Of a stretch of 64,000 nucleotides of DNA, positions 28,771 through 39,611 are shown piece by piece (positions within the stretch are counted from its first letter, which is position 1; each line of letters begins with the position of its first letter). The position numbers and the translations under genes were made by a program. The DNA lies in assembly GCA_047150005.1 (NCBI GenBank), contig AP038806.1, forward strand, positions 2,432,001 to 2,496,000. Direction: 5' to 3'. This DNA is from Nitrospira sp. Its GTDB lineage: Bacteria > Nitrospirota > Nitrospiria > Nitrospirales > Nitrospiraceae. The notes beneath the pieces are model-generated. The model saw only the letters and a list, made by a program, of their open reading frames with translations. It was not told where the DNA came from and did not search any database.

Positions 28771-29685
28771 ATGCACAAGATATTTACGCTGATATCCGCT
28801 GTCACATATTTGGGTATCGCATCATTTGCCCATTCCAGCTCGGTCTCGGACAAACAAGGTCTCACGCTCGAAGGAGCCAAGAAGGTCATCGCCGCCACTG
28901 TCGCGGAAGCGAAGCGTCTCAATGCGCCGGGTGGATCGATCGCGGTCGTCGATGAAGGAGGCAATCTGTTAGCGCTGGAGCGTCTGGACCAGACCTTTGC
29001 CGCCAGCGCCAACATCGCGATTGGGAAAGCCCGTACGGCCGCCCTGTTCAAGAAGCCGACCAAGGTCTTCGAAGACGCCATCAAGAGCGGGCGCACCTCG
29101 ATGGTGACGCTCGGTGGCGATCTACAGAACTTCACCCCGCTGCAAGGGGGCATTCCGCTCGAATGGGAAGGCAAAGTGGTCGGTGCGGTCGGGGTGAGCG
29201 GCGCTGCCAGCGCACAGCAGGATGAAGAGCTCGCCATCGTCGGCGCGAAGTCGTTGGGCTCGATGGAGATGGCCGGCATGACAAACGGCCACTCGTCGTT
29301 GCCTGTGACCTATATCGAAAGCCAGCAAGTCGCGGCCTCGTTTACCAAGGGCGCCGTGCTCGTCGGTGAAGAAGAACACATGATGCACGCAGCCCTGAAC
29401 TATATGGTCCATGCGAGCCATCGCGATCAAGCCGGCGTCGTAGAAATTCACGAGCAGGACACGGATATCGTGTATGTCTTGAAGGGCTCGGCCCAGTTGA
29501 TCACCGGCGGCACGCCGGTCGGCACGAAGACGATTGCGCCGCACGAGTTCCGTGCTCCGACGGTGAACGGCGGCGAAACGCGCCAGCTCGTTCCGGGCGA
29601 CGTGATCATCATTCCGAACGGGGTGCCGCATTGGTTCAAGGAAGTGCAGGCGCCGTTCGACTATTACGTGGTCAAAGTGCGGTGA
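28771..29685 (+). CDS. Exported GlcG/HbpS heme-binding protein fused to a C-terminal cupin
   Basis: 'IAVVDEGGNL', 'GKARTA', 'GGIPL...VGAVGVSG...QDEE'; cupin 'EIHEQDTD..YVLKG...PGDVIIIPNGVPHWF'. Confidence 0.88.
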   Translation: MHKIFTLISAVTYLGIASFAHSSSVSDKQGLTLEGAKKVIAATVAEAKRLNAPGGSIAVVDEGGNLLALERLDQTFAASANIAIGKARTAALFKKPTKVFEDAIKSGRTSMVTLGGDLQNFTPLQGGIPLEWEGKVVGAVGVSGAASAQQDEELAIVGAKSLGSMEMAGMTNGHSSLPVTYIESQQVAASFTKGAVLVGEEEHMMHAALNYMVHASHRDQAGVVEIHEQDTDIVYVLKGSAQLITGGTPVGTKTIAPHEFRAPTVNGGETRQLVPGDVIIIPNGVPHWFKEVQAPFDYYVVKVR

Positions 29686-29785
29686 AGACGTCACACGTCA
29701 ATGGTCAATCGTCAACCGGATACAGAGACCAACGCGCAACGACTGTCGGTTGACGTTTGACGAATGACGAGCGCGGGGAGTGGCA

Positions 29786-31414
29786 ATGAAGATTCATGTG
29801 ATAGCGACAGCCACCGTAGCCATGCTGGGGCTCCCTTGTGTCGCCGGTCACACGCAAATTACGGGGGATGCCCCGGGGGTGAGGCCGGAGGCGATCGTCG
29901 ATCTGAAGACGGACGAAGGCATGGCACTGGTCAAAGGCCAGTGGCGCTACAGCAACGCCAAGGTCGTCGAGATCGATCACCACGGTCCCGGCGCGGACCT
30001 GGCGCCGTCCGGTCCACCGAATCGGACGCAAGACATCGACATCCATGCAGGAGTGGCCGATTTTGACGATTCGCGATGGGAGGCAATCAGGCCGGCGCAG
30101 TTGGAAGCGCGCCGAGCGACTGGTCGGCTCTGCTTCAATTGGTATCGGACCAGTGTCACGATCCCGGAGAAGATCGGTTCATTCGATCCGACCGGAGCAA
30201 CCGTCGTATTCGAAATAGCGATCGACGACTATGCGGAGGTGTGGGTCGATGGAACATTGCCGCTGGTCCTCGGGCAACCGGGCGGGCAGCTCATTAAGGG
30301 GTTCAATGCCCCAAACCGGGTTGTGTTGACCAGGAACGCGCGGCCCGGTCAACGAATTCAGCTTGCCGTCTTCGGCATCAACGGGCCGCTCTCGAACCCA
30401 CCGGGAAACTTCATCTGGGTCCGCTCGGCCACGCTGGATTTCTATAAGATGAATCATGTCGGACCGACCCGGTTCGTCAAAACCGAAATCGTGAAGGTCG
30501 ATCCGGCGCTCGATCAGATTCTTGCGCCGGGCACACAGCTTGAAAAACTCGCTGGTGGCTTCCTCTTCACCGAGGGACCGGTCTGGGTCCCGGCCACCAC
30601 CAACACATCAGGATATCTCCTCTTCAGCGACCCCAACGCCAATACGATCTATCGTTGGTCACCTGAAGGGCAGGTATCCGTCTTCCGGACAAAGAGCGGC
30701 TACAGCGGAGTCAACATCGGCGAATATCATCAGCCCGGATCAAACGGACTGACGCTCGACAAACAAGGCCGCCTCACGATCAATCAGCACGGCAACCGCC
30801 GCGTCATTCGCGTGGAACCGCGCGGCAACATCACGGTCTTAGCCGATCGTTACGATGGCAAGCGGCTGAACAGCCCGAACGATCTCGTCTATCGTTCGGA
30901 TGGCGCGCTGTATTTCACCGATCCGCCCTTCGGTCTGCCGAAGGTCTTCGATGACCCACACAAGGAGCTTTTGTACAGTGGCGTCTATTGCGTGAAGGAT
31001 GGGCAGGTCAAACTTGTCGGCACCGATCTCGATGCGCCGAACGGCATTGCGCTCTCACCGGATGAAAAGACGCTCTACGTGAACAACTGGAACGAGAAGA
31101 AGAAGGTCATCATGCGGTACGACGTGAACCCCGATTGCACGCTCGCCAATGGGAAATTGTTCTTCGACATGACCAGTGCGCCAGGCGACGATGCCCTCGA
31201 CGGGCTCAAGGTGGATCAAAAAGGGAACGTGTACTCAACCGGACCGGGCGGACTCTGGATTGTTTCATCGGAAGGACAACTCCTCGGTCTGATCCAAGGA
31301 CCTGAAGATCCGCACAACATGGCCTGGGGTGACGACGATGGGAAGACGCTCTACATCACGGCCCTCACCGGGCTGTACCGCATGCGCATGAACATTGCCG
31401 GAGGACGACCATGA
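29786..31414 (+). CDS. SMP-30/gluconolactonase with N-terminal beta-sandwich (sugar-binding-like) domain
   Basis: 'FTEGPVW', 'GSNGL', 'LNSPNDL', 'FTDPPFG', 'PNGIALSPD', 'DGLKVD'; signal peptide. Confidence 0.88.
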   Translation: MKIHVIATATVAMLGLPCVAGHTQITGDAPGVRPEAIVDLKTDEGMALVKGQWRYSNAKVVEIDHHGPGADLAPSGPPNRTQDIDIHAGVADFDDSRWEAIRPAQLEARRATGRLCFNWYRTSVTIPEKIGSFDPTGATVVFEIAIDDYAEVWVDGTLPLVLGQPGGQLIKGFNAPNRVVLTRNARPGQRIQLAVFGINGPLSNPPGNFIWVRSATLDFYKMNHVGPTRFVKTEIVKVDPALDQILAPGTQLEKLAGGFLFTEGPVWVPATTNTSGYLLFSDPNANTIYRWSPEGQVSVFRTKSGYSGVNIGEYHQPGSNGLTLDKQGRLTINQHGNRRVIRVEPRGNITVLADRYDGKRLNSPNDLVYRSDGALYFTDPPFGLPKVFDDPHKELLYSGVYCVKDGQVKLVGTDLDAPNGIALSPDEKTLYVNNWNEKKKVIMRYDVNPDCTLANGKLFFDMTSAPGDDALDGLKVDQKGNVYSTGPGGLWIVSSEGQLLGLIQGPEDPHNMAWGDDDGKTLYITALTGLYRMRMNIAGGRP

Positions 31415-32421
31415 CAAGACGAGCCTGCGCATTCGCAACCGCCGCGTTGCTGACTTCCGTCTGGCAGATCCTGGCGGCAGGCGCAGAAACGGTTCCCGTC
31501 ACGATCACGAGCCTCGACCGTCGATTCGATCGTCTGGTGCCGAAAGACGCAAAGGTCGAGAAGATTGCCGATGGGTTCAGCTGGGTGGAGGGTCCGGTCT
31601 GGCACAAACAGGGCGGCTACCTGCTTTTTTCGGATATTCCGTCGAATGCCGTCTACAGGTGGAAGCCCGGCGAGGGCGTCAGTCTCTTCCTCAAGAACAG
31701 CGGCTACAGCGGCGCCATTCCCTTTTCGGGCAAAGAGCCCGGTTCGAACGGGTTGGCGCTGGATGAGAATGGGCGGCTCGTGCTTTGCCGTCATGGTGAC
31801 AGAGAGATCGGCAGATTGGAGGCAGACGGCCGTGTTACCCCGTTGGTTGATCGGTACGACGGCCATCGCCTCAACAGTCCCAACGATCTCGTCTTCAAGT
31901 CCAACGGTGATTTGTATTTCACCGATCCGCCGTTCGGACTCCCGATGGTCTTCGACGATCCGAACAAGGCGCCGGTGCAGGGTGTCTATCGCGTGACGAA
32001 GGATGGGACAATCACTCGCGTGATCACCGACATCAAGGCTCCGAACGGCATCGCCTTCTCTCCCGATGAACAGACTTTGTACATCTCCGATGTCGATCCG
32101 AAGCGCGCCGCCTGGCTGGCCTATGATGTGAAGGCTGACGGCACGGTCGGGAACGGCCGCGTCTTCTTCGATGCCACCCGGTGGCGCAACGATCCGTTCT
32201 TCGGTCCCGACGGACTGAAAGCGGATCGGCAGGGGAATCTCTTCGGTACTCGCCCCGGCGGCATCAGCGTGATCGCCTCGGACGGCACGCTCCTGGGTAC
32301 GATCGAAACCGGCCAACCGACCTCGAACGTCGCCTGGGGCGAAGACGGAACGACGCTGTTCATTACAGGCGGCCATGCGGTCTATCGCCTGCGTCTGACC
32401 ACAGGCGGCGCTCATTTCTAG
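31411..32421 (+). CDS. SMP-30/gluconolactonase family protein
   Basis: 'WVEGPVW', 'GSNGL', 'LNSPNDL', 'PNGIAFSPD', 'PDGLKAD'. Confidence 0.9.
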   Translation: MTRRACAFATAALLTSVWQILAAGAETVPVTITSLDRRFDRLVPKDAKVEKIADGFSWVEGPVWHKQGGYLLFSDIPSNAVYRWKPGEGVSLFLKNSGYSGAIPFSGKEPGSNGLALDENGRLVLCRHGDREIGRLEADGRVTPLVDRYDGHRLNSPNDLVFKSNGDLYFTDPPFGLPMVFDDPNKAPVQGVYRVTKDGTITRVITDIKAPNGIAFSPDEQTLYISDVDPKRAAWLAYDVKADGTVGNGRVFFDATRWRNDPFFGPDGLKADRQGNLFGTRPGGISVIASDGTLLGTIETGQPTSNVAWGEDGTTLFITGGHAVYRLRLTTGGAHF

Positions 32422-32426
32422 GGTCC

Positions 32427-32453
32427 TGTAAGACTTTCAAAGACCGGCCGACT
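32427..32453 (+). promoter_or_regulatory. ECF-type promoter TGTAAG-N16-CGACT
   Basis: Repeated motif; ATG 32463 lies 9 nt downstream, no RBS. Confidence 0.8.
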
Positions 32454-32462
32454 CCATCCATT

Positions 32463-35144
32463 ATGACCTCGCGTCGTCAACGCGCCTCCAACTTGCCACG
32501 GGCACTTCCGGCCGAGCGGCTGCGTCTTCAAGAGGACGCGCAGCGGCACCGCCACTGGAAGCGCTGGGGGCCATACTTGAGCGAGCGGGCATGGGGAACG
32601 GTGCGCGAGGACTACAGCCATGACGGTCAAGCGTGGCGATCGTTTCCTCACGATCATGCCAGGTCGCGCGCCTATCGTTGGAACGAGGACGGCCTCGCAG
32701 GCATTTGCGATCGTCACCAGGAGATGTGCTTTGCCTTGGCGTTATGGAACGGACAGGATCCCATCTTGAAAGAACGACTCTTCGGACTGGCCGGTCACGA
32801 AGGCAATCATGGCGAGGATGTCAAGGAATGCTATTACTATCTGGATTCCACGCCGACGCACTCGTACATGAAGTGCCTGTATAAGTACCCGCAAGGCGCG
32901 TTTCCGTACGCCAGGCTTCTCGAGGAGAATCGGCGCCGCGGGCGTCATGATCCTGAGTTTGAATTGGTCGACACCGGCATCTTCGACGAGAACCGGTATT
33001 TCGACGTCTTTGTGGAGTACGCCAAGGCGACGCCGGAAGACCTGTGCATCAGAATCCAGGTCGTGAATCGCGGTCCGGACGACGCCGAGCTCACGGTGCT
33101 TCCCACGCTCTGGTATCGCAACACATGGTCATGGGGATCAGGCCTCCGGCGCCCTTGTCTCCGCGAAGGGGAGTCCATGGCGTGTATGACCGTGATTGAG
33201 ACGATGCACGAGCAGTACGGCCTTCGCCGACTCGTGTGCGACGGTCGGCCGACGCTGCTGTTCACGGAGAACGAGACCAACACCCGCCGCCTCTACGGCG
33301 ACCCGGAAGGCGCCCGGTACGTGAAGGATAGCTTCCACGACTATGTCGTGGAAGGAGATAAGGGGGCGGTCAATCCCGACCGCATGGGAACCAAGGCCGC
33401 GGCCCATTATGTCCTTGCGCTGGCGCCCGGTGAGACGCAGACCGTTCGGTTGCGATTCACAAACGAGGCGCACCACCTCGGCTTCACGGAGGAAGACGTC
33501 GATCTGGTATTCGCCGGCCGTCTTCAGGAAGCCGACGACTTCTATGCCGGATTGGCGCCGGCCCATCTATCGGAAGATGCGCGCCTGGTTCAACGACAGG
33601 CGTTCGCCGGACTCCTCTGGAGCAAGCAGTTCTACCATTACGATGTCACTCGATGGCTCAAGGGCGATGCAACGGCCGAACGGCCGCCGCACGAACGCCT
33701 GCGCGGCCGCAACGCCGACTGGACGCATCTCTACAATGCCGATGTCGTCTCGATGCCGGATAAGTGGGAATACCCATGGTATGCCGCGTGGGATCTCGCG
33801 TTTCACTGCATCCCGCTCGCGCTCGTCGACGCGACATTCGCCAAGGAACAGCTCGTGCTGATGCTGCGCGAATGGTACATGCATCCGAACGGACAGATCC
33901 CCGCTTATGAATGGTCGCTCGGCGACGTGAATCCTCCCGTCCATGCCTGGGCCGCGTGGCGCGTCTACAAGATCGACAAGAAAATGAACGGCGTCGGCGA
34001 TCGCCGGTTTCTGGAGCGAGTCTTCCATAAGCTGCTGCTGAACTTTACCTGGTGGGTGAATCGCAAGGACACCGAAGGCAAGAACATCTTTCAAGGAGGG
34101 TTTCTCGGCCTCGACAACATCGGAGTGTTCGATCGAAGCGCGCCGCTGCCGACCGGCGGACACATTGAACAATCGGACGCCACCAGTTGGATGGGCATGT
34201 ACTGCTTGAACATGCTGACGATCGCATTGGAGCTGGCCCGCGACAGCCAGGCCTATGAAGACGTCGCCAGCAAATTCTTCGAGCACTTCGTGTACATCTG
34301 CAGCGCCATGAACAACATCGGCGGGGAGAAGATTGAATTATGGGATCGCGAGGACGGCTTTTTCTATGACGTCCTGCATCTGCCGCACGGCGAAACCCGG
34401 CACATGAAAGTCCGGTCCATGGTCGGCCTCATCCCCCTGTTCGCGGTCGAAACGCTCGACTCGGAACTCGTCGACTGTCTGCCCCGATTCAAGCACCGGA
34501 TGCAGTGGTTCATCGAGAACCGTCCTGACTTGGCGCAGCATCTTGAAACGCAGTCCCACGACGGCGGTGTCCGCCGTTTTCTCTCGCTGGTGAGTCGTGA
34601 TCGCTTGCGCTCCGTGCTCCGCTACATGTTCGACGAGCAGGAATTTCTTTCGCCCTACGGTATTCGAGCGCTATCGCGATATCACCAGGATCATCCCTAC
34701 GTGGTCTCGGTGATGGGCCGGGAGCACCGCGTGGAGTATGAACCGGCGGAATCCGGCACCGACTTGTTCGGCGGCAATTCAAATTGGCGGGGACCGATCT
34801 GGTTCCCGGTCAACTACCTGCTGATCGAATCCCTGCAGAAGCTTCACTATTTTCTCGGTGACCTTTACCACGTCGAGTATCCGACCGGATCGGGCCGGCA
34901 TTTCAGTCTTGGGGAAGCGGCGACGGACCTCTCGCGCCGGTTGATCCAAATCTTCCTGCGCAATCCGGAGGGAATCCGTCCTGTCTTCGGCGGGACGGCC
35001 AGGCTCCAGGACGACCCGGATTGGCGCAACCACATCCTGTTCTACGAATATTTCCACGGTGACAACGGGGCCGGGATCGGCGCAAGCCATCAGACCGGTT
35101 GGACCGGATTGGTCGCAAAGCTGATTCAACAAGCCGGAGAATGA
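32463..35144 (+). CDS. GH63-like (MGH1-like) glucosidase
   Basis: '[18 protein letters not shown]', 'GNHGEDVKE', '[18 protein letters not shown]', '[13 protein letters not shown]', 'GASHQTGWT'. Confidence 0.92.
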   Translation: MTSRRQRASNLPRALPAERLRLQEDAQRHRHWKRWGPYLSERAWGTVREDYSHDGQAWRSFPHDHARSRAYRWNEDGLAGICDRHQEMCFALALWNGQDPILKERLFGLAGHEGNHGEDVKECYYYLDSTPTHSYMKCLYKYPQGAFPYARLLEENRRRGRHDPEFELVDTGIFDENRYFDVFVEYAKATPEDLCIRIQVVNRGPDDAELTVLPTLWYRNTWSWGSGLRRPCLREGESMACMTVIETMHEQYGLRRLVCDGRPTLLFTENETNTRRLYGDPEGARYVKDSFHDYVVEGDKGAVNPDRMGTKAAAHYVLALAPGETQTVRLRFTNEAHHLGFTEEDVDLVFAGRLQEADDFYAGLAPAHLSEDARLVQRQAFAGLLWSKQFYHYDVTRWLKGDATAERPPHERLRGRNADWTHLYNADVVSMPDKWEYPWYAAWDLAFHCIPLALVDATFAKEQLVLMLREWYMHPNGQIPAYEWSLGDVNPPVHAWAAWRVYKIDKKMNGVGDRRFLERVFHKLLLNFTWWVNRKDTEGKNIFQGGFLGLDNIGVFDRSAPLPTGGHIEQSDATSWMGMYCLNMLTIALELARDSQAYEDVASKFFEHFVYICSAMNNIGGEKIELWDREDGFFYDVLHLPHGETRHMKVRSMVGLIPLFAVETLDSELVDCLPRFKHRMQWFIENRPDLAQHLETQSHDGGVRRFLSLVSRDRLRSVLRYMFDEQEFLSPYGIRALSRYHQDHPYVVSVMGREHRVEYEPAESGTDLFGGNSNWRGPIWFPVNYLLIESLQKLHYFLGDLYHVEYPTGSGRHFSLGEAATDLSRRLIQIFLRNPEGIRPVFGGTARLQDDPDWRNHILFYEYFHGDNGAGIGASHQTGWTGLVAKLIQQAGE

Positions 35145-35461
35145 CGCTCGTCAGCCGTCTCCCGGCACTCTTACAGTCGCCCGATCCTTGTGTCGTTCGA
35201 AAGGCTCAATGCCGGCCCAATCGATCCGCCCCTCCTCAGTAATGGTGGAGACTGGGGTTCTACCTTCGACATGCGTGGAGGCTCGGGACCCGCACTTGCC
35301 GATCGGATGCGCTCGCGAAGCGACGGCGATGACTGTTCGAAGGTCCGCTGACCAGCGTAACAACGGACCGAGTTCCGCAGCCGAGCAGACGGAGGCGTAG
35401 TGCGGTCGAGCCGCAGCACCGGAGCAGGTAGGGCCCCGTCTCTACCCGCCTTTCCTTCCCT

Positions 35462-35488
35462 TGTAAGACTTCTCCCCTCCCACCGACT
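35462..35488 (+). promoter_or_regulatory. ECF-type promoter TGTAAG-N16-CGACT (leaderless geometry)
   Basis: Repeated motif; ATG 35496 lies 7 nt downstream, no RBS. Confidence 0.8.
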
Positions 35489-35495
35489 ATGCTCC

Positions 35496-37061
35496 ATGCC
35501 GACCCATTACGACATCATCATTATCGGCACGGGACCGGGGGGCGGCACGCTGGCCTATAAGCTGGCTTCCTCCGGGAAAAACATCCTCCTTCTCGAGCGA
35601 GGAGGCTATATTCCGCGCGAGAAGGACAATTGGAGCAGCCGGACCGTCTTCATCGAGAACCGCTATAAGGCCAAAGAAACCTGGCGTGACAAGAACGGCG
35701 CGACCTTTCACCCCGGCATTCACTACAACGTGGGGGGCAATTCCAAAGTGTACGGCGCGGCGTTGCTTCGCATGCGCGCGCAGGATTTCGGCGAAGTGAA
35801 ACACCACGGCGGCATTTCCCCGGAGTGGCCGATCCGCTACGACGATCTTGAGCCCTACTATACGCAGGCCGAGCACCTGTACCACGTGCACGGAAGGCAC
35901 GGGGAGGATCCGACGGGTCCGCCGGCCAGCGCGCAATACAAATATGCGGCACTGAAGCATGACCCGCGCATTCAGGAACTGCATGATGACTGGATCAAGA
36001 TGGGTTATCACCCCTTTCACCTTCCTGTGGGCGTCATGCTGGACGAGGAACAGAAAGAGAGGAGTGCGTGTATCCGCTGCAATACGTGCGACGGATTTCC
36101 TTGCCTCCTCGGCGCCAAGGCGGATGCACAGGTGATCTGTGTGGAACCGGCCCTGCGCTATCCGAACGTTACGATGCGCACTCATGCGATGGTGACCGGG
36201 CTCGAGACCGACCCGTCGGGGCGCGAGGTGACCGGCGTCGCGGTCGAACACAACGGACAGGTGGAGACCTACCGAGCTGACATCGTGGTGGTGTCATGCG
36301 GCGCGATCAATTCGGCGGCCCTCTTGCTGAAGTCCGCCAATAATCGGCATCCCAACGGGTTGGCGAATTCCTCGGGCATGGTCGGGCGGAACTACATGTG
36401 CCACAACAACTCGGTGATGTTGGCGATCTCCAAGCGGCCGAACATGACCGTCTTTCAAAAAACCATCGGCCTCAATGACTTCTATCTTCCTTCGGCGGAG
36501 TGGGACTACCCGATGGGCCACATTTCAATGGTCGGGAAACAGGATCTCGAAATGCTGAAAACCGGAGCGCCGGCCCTGGCTCCAGGACTTGCGCTGGACA
36601 TCGTGGCGAAACACTCCCTTGATTTTTGGATGACCTCCGAGGATCTGCCGGATCCGCACAATCGCGTGCTTGTGGACAAAACCGGTGCGATCACGCTGGT
36701 CTACACGGAAAACAATCTCATTGCGCACCGGCGCTTGGCGGCCAAACTCAAAAGCATGCTCAATCGGCTCGGGTGTGAAGACCGTCTCATCCCGCAGCAT
36801 CTGTATCTCGGAAAGAAGATTCCGATCGCGGGGACGGCGCACCAATGCGGCACCGTCCGGTTCGGGCGCGATCCGAAGACGTCCGTGCTTGACGTCAACT
36901 GCAAGGCGCACGATGTGGACAATCTCTATGTCGTCGATGCGAGCTTCTTCGTCTCAAGCTCAGCGGTGAATCCCTCGTTGACCATTATGGCGAACGCCCT
37001 ACGGGTCGGGGATCATCTGCTGGAAAGGCTAGGCGCGAGGTCGCCGGGGATGGAGACATGA
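35496..37061 (+). CDS. GMC family flavoprotein oxidoreductase
   Basis: 'IIIGTGPGG', 'CIRCNTCDGFPC', 'AHQCGT', 'NPSLTIMANALRV'. Confidence 0.93.
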   Translation: MPTHYDIIIIGTGPGGGTLAYKLASSGKNILLLERGGYIPREKDNWSSRTVFIENRYKAKETWRDKNGATFHPGIHYNVGGNSKVYGAALLRMRAQDFGEVKHHGGISPEWPIRYDDLEPYYTQAEHLYHVHGRHGEDPTGPPASAQYKYAALKHDPRIQELHDDWIKMGYHPFHLPVGVMLDEEQKERSACIRCNTCDGFPCLLGAKADAQVICVEPALRYPNVTMRTHAMVTGLETDPSGREVTGVAVEHNGQVETYRADIVVVSCGAINSAALLLKSANNRHPNGLANSSGMVGRNYMCHNNSVMLAISKRPNMTVFQKTIGLNDFYLPSAEWDYPMGHISMVGKQDLEMLKTGAPALAPGLALDIVAKHSLDFWMTSEDLPDPHNRVLVDKTGAITLVYTENNLIAHRRLAAKLKSMLNRLGCEDRLIPQHLYLGKKIPIAGTAHQCGTVRFGRDPKTSVLDVNCKAHDVDNLYVVDASFFVSSSAVNPSLTIMANALRVGDHLLERLGARSPGMET

Positions 37062-38452
37062 TCGCGAGAATGCCCGAAGACGATCATGATGAGGCCTGCG
37101 GAATCACGCCGGGACGAAAGCATGTCGTCATTATAGGCGGGGGGTTCGGCGGCGTGTATGCGGCCTTGGAATTCGAGAAGATTCTTCGACGTGATTCATC
37201 GTTCGAGGTCACGCTCGTCAACCGGGAGAATTTCTTCCTGTTTACGCCCATGCTGCACGAGGTGGCCTCAAGCGATCTTGACATGACCAACATCGTGAAT
37301 CCGATTCGCAAGCTTCTGCGCCGAGTCGAATTCTTCCACGGCGACGTGGCGGGGATCGATTTAGAGCGGCGACGGATCCAGGTAGTCCACGGGCAGACGC
37401 ATCACGGACACACGCTGCCTTACGACCAGGTGGTGCTGGCCTTCGGATCGGTGACGAATTTCTACGATCTTCCCGGCCTGGCGGCCCGCGCTCTGACCAT
37501 GAAGACGCTCGGCGACGCGATCTACCTTCGTAATCGCATGATTGCCCATTTGGAAGAAGCCAACTTCGAATGCGCGGCCGCGTTGCGGAAGCCCTTGTTG
37601 ACGTTTGTCGTCGCAGGCGGCGGCTTCGCCGGGGTGGAAACCATCGCCGGCATGAATGATTTTCTCCGTGAGGCGCTCCCGTTCTACCCGCACCTCCGGA
37701 CTGAGATGCTGCGCCTGGTGCTGGTGCATTCGGACGATGTCATCTTGCCGGAGCTCGGCGAACAGTTGGGCCGCTACGCGCACGAGAAGCTTTTGGCGCG
37801 TGGCGTCGAGATCCGGACCAACACGAAGGTCGTCGAGATGTCCGACCAGGAAGTCTGCCTCAGCGATGGAGCGCGCATCACAACCGGTACCCTCGTGTGG
37901 ACGGCAGGCACCGCACCCAATCCTCTTCTCGCCACCTTGCCCTGTCAGACGAAGAGGGGACGGTTGCTCGTGGACGAATGTCTCGAAGTGCCGGGTTGGC
38001 CCGGTGTCTGGGCCCTCGGCGACTGCGCGTTGATTCCAGATCCGTTGACGGGCGGCTCCCATCCGCCAACCGGACAACATGCGCTCCGCGAAGCGAAAGT
38101 CGCCGCCCGCAATGTGCTGGCGTCCTTTCAAGGATCCGAAAAGCAGCGGTTCCGATTCAGGACGCTCGGCCAGCTGGCCGCCATCGGCCGGCGCACGGGC
38201 GTCGCGAGAATTCTGGGATTCAACTTTTCCGGCGTCATTGCCTGGTCCTTGTGGCGGTTCATCTACTTGAGTAAGTTGCCCCGAATCGAAAAGAAAATCC
38301 GCGTGGTGCTCGACTGGCTGCTCGATCTGATTTTCTCGAAGGACCTCGTCCAGTTCCAGACGGTCCGCGGCCAGGCCCCCGCCTCCATCACCGTCGACGC
38401 CGGGCAACCGGCGACTGAATTGACCGCAGAGCCGGTCGGGCCGACGAGGTAG
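37058..38452 (+). CDS. ndh: Type II NADH:quinone oxidoreductase
   Basis: 'IGGGFGG', 'FTPMLHEVA', 'VAGGGFAGVE', 'WALGDCA', 'GQLAAIG'. Confidence 0.85.
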   Translation: MIARMPEDDHDEACGITPGRKHVVIIGGGFGGVYAALEFEKILRRDSSFEVTLVNRENFFLFTPMLHEVASSDLDMTNIVNPIRKLLRRVEFFHGDVAGIDLERRRIQVVHGQTHHGHTLPYDQVVLAFGSVTNFYDLPGLAARALTMKTLGDAIYLRNRMIAHLEEANFECAAALRKPLLTFVVAGGGFAGVETIAGMNDFLREALPFYPHLRTEMLRLVLVHSDDVILPELGEQLGRYAHEKLLARGVEIRTNTKVVEMSDQEVCLSDGARITTGTLVWTAGTAPNPLLATLPCQTKRGRLLVDECLEVPGWPGVWALGDCALIPDPLTGGSHPPTGQHALREAKVAARNVLASFQGSEKQRFRFRTLGQLAAIGRRTGVARILGFNFSGVIAWSLWRFIYLSKLPRIEKKIRVVLDWLLDLIFSKDLVQFQTVRGQAPASITVDAGQPATELTAEPVGPTR

Positions 38453-38475
38453 GCCATGACGTTGGCCTGAAGCGC

Positions 38476-39528
38476 ATGAAGAACAGCGTGATGAAGACAC
38501 GACTCTACGCACAGTGGATGCGAGTTGCCGTCTTATGCTCAGCGCTGAGCACGCTGCACTCAGCGCTTGCAGCGGCGGAACCGCCCGTGATCGTCCAGGC
38601 AGTTGCCTCAATCGGCTTCACGGTCTCGGACATGGAGCGGTCGGTGGCCTTCTACCGCGATGTGCTGACATTCGAGCCGGTGAGCGATGTGGAGGTGGAT
38701 GGCCCTGAGTATGATCAGCTTTACGGCATCTTCGGCGTGCGGGCTCGCGTGGTGCGCATGCAGCTCGGCAAGCAACAGATCGAGCTGACGCAATTCATCT
38801 CGCCCCCGGATTTGCGCCAGATTCCCATGCCGTCGTACAGCCACGATCTGTGGTTCCAGCATTTTGCGATAGTGGTGCGCGACATGGAAGCGGCCTGGTC
38901 CGAGCTCCGGCGGCATTATGTGCGGCAGATTTCGCCGCGGCCTCAGACCATTCCAAATTCCAATCCGCCTGCCGCCGGCATCAAAGCCATCAAGTTCCGC
39001 GATCCGGACGGCCACAACCTCGAACTGCTCTGGTTCCCGGATGGGAAGGGCAACCCGATCTGGAAAAACCCCGGCTCAAACTTGTTCCTGGGCATCGACC
39101 ATACGGCCATGACCGTACGGAGCACCGAAAGCAGCGCCAAGTTCTATCGCGATCTGCTGGGGATGACGGTCGCCGAGGGAACGATCAACATGGGTACGAC
39201 GCAACAGTATCTCGACAGTTTGCCCGGCGCCCGTACGCGCGTCACCGGCCTGGGTTCGAAGTTGGGCCAACCCGGCCTGGAATTTCTGGAGTACGAACTG
39301 CCGGCGGCCGGCCGACCTTTTCCAACTGATTCCCGCCCGACCGATCTGTGGCACTGGCAGACGACGTTGGTTGTGTCCGATGTGGAAGCGGCGGCCGTGA
39401 CGTTGCGTGACATGGCTCCCTTCGTGTCAATCGGGGTCGTCACGGTGCCCGACAAGAGCCTGGGCTTCGCGAAACGACTCCTCATTCGCGATCCCGATGG
39501 GCATGCGTTGCAGCTGCTGTCCCCCTGA
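38476..39528 (+). CDS. Exported VOC/glyoxalase family protein (two domains)
   Basis: '[12 protein letters not shown]', '[11 protein letters not shown]', 'IDHTAM', '[10 protein letters not shown]'. Confidence 0.88.
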   Translation: MKNSVMKTRLYAQWMRVAVLCSALSTLHSALAAAEPPVIVQAVASIGFTVSDMERSVAFYRDVLTFEPVSDVEVDGPEYDQLYGIFGVRARVVRMQLGKQQIELTQFISPPDLRQIPMPSYSHDLWFQHFAIVVRDMEAAWSELRRHYVRQISPRPQTIPNSNPPAAGIKAIKFRDPDGHNLELLWFPDGKGNPIWKNPGSNLFLGIDHTAMTVRSTESSAKFYRDLLGMTVAEGTINMGTTQQYLDSLPGARTRVTGLGSKLGQPGLEFLEYELPAAGRPFPTDSRPTDLWHWQTTLVVSDVEAAAVTLRDMAPFVSIGVVTVPDKSLGFAKRLLIRDPDGHALQLLSP

Positions 39529-39611
39529 CATCTCCAAATTGCCGTGAGTTGCGGGCTATTCCTCCCGGTGCTAAGCTGCTCTCCCTCTCTCGGCCGGTGG
39601 CAAGTCCCGTA

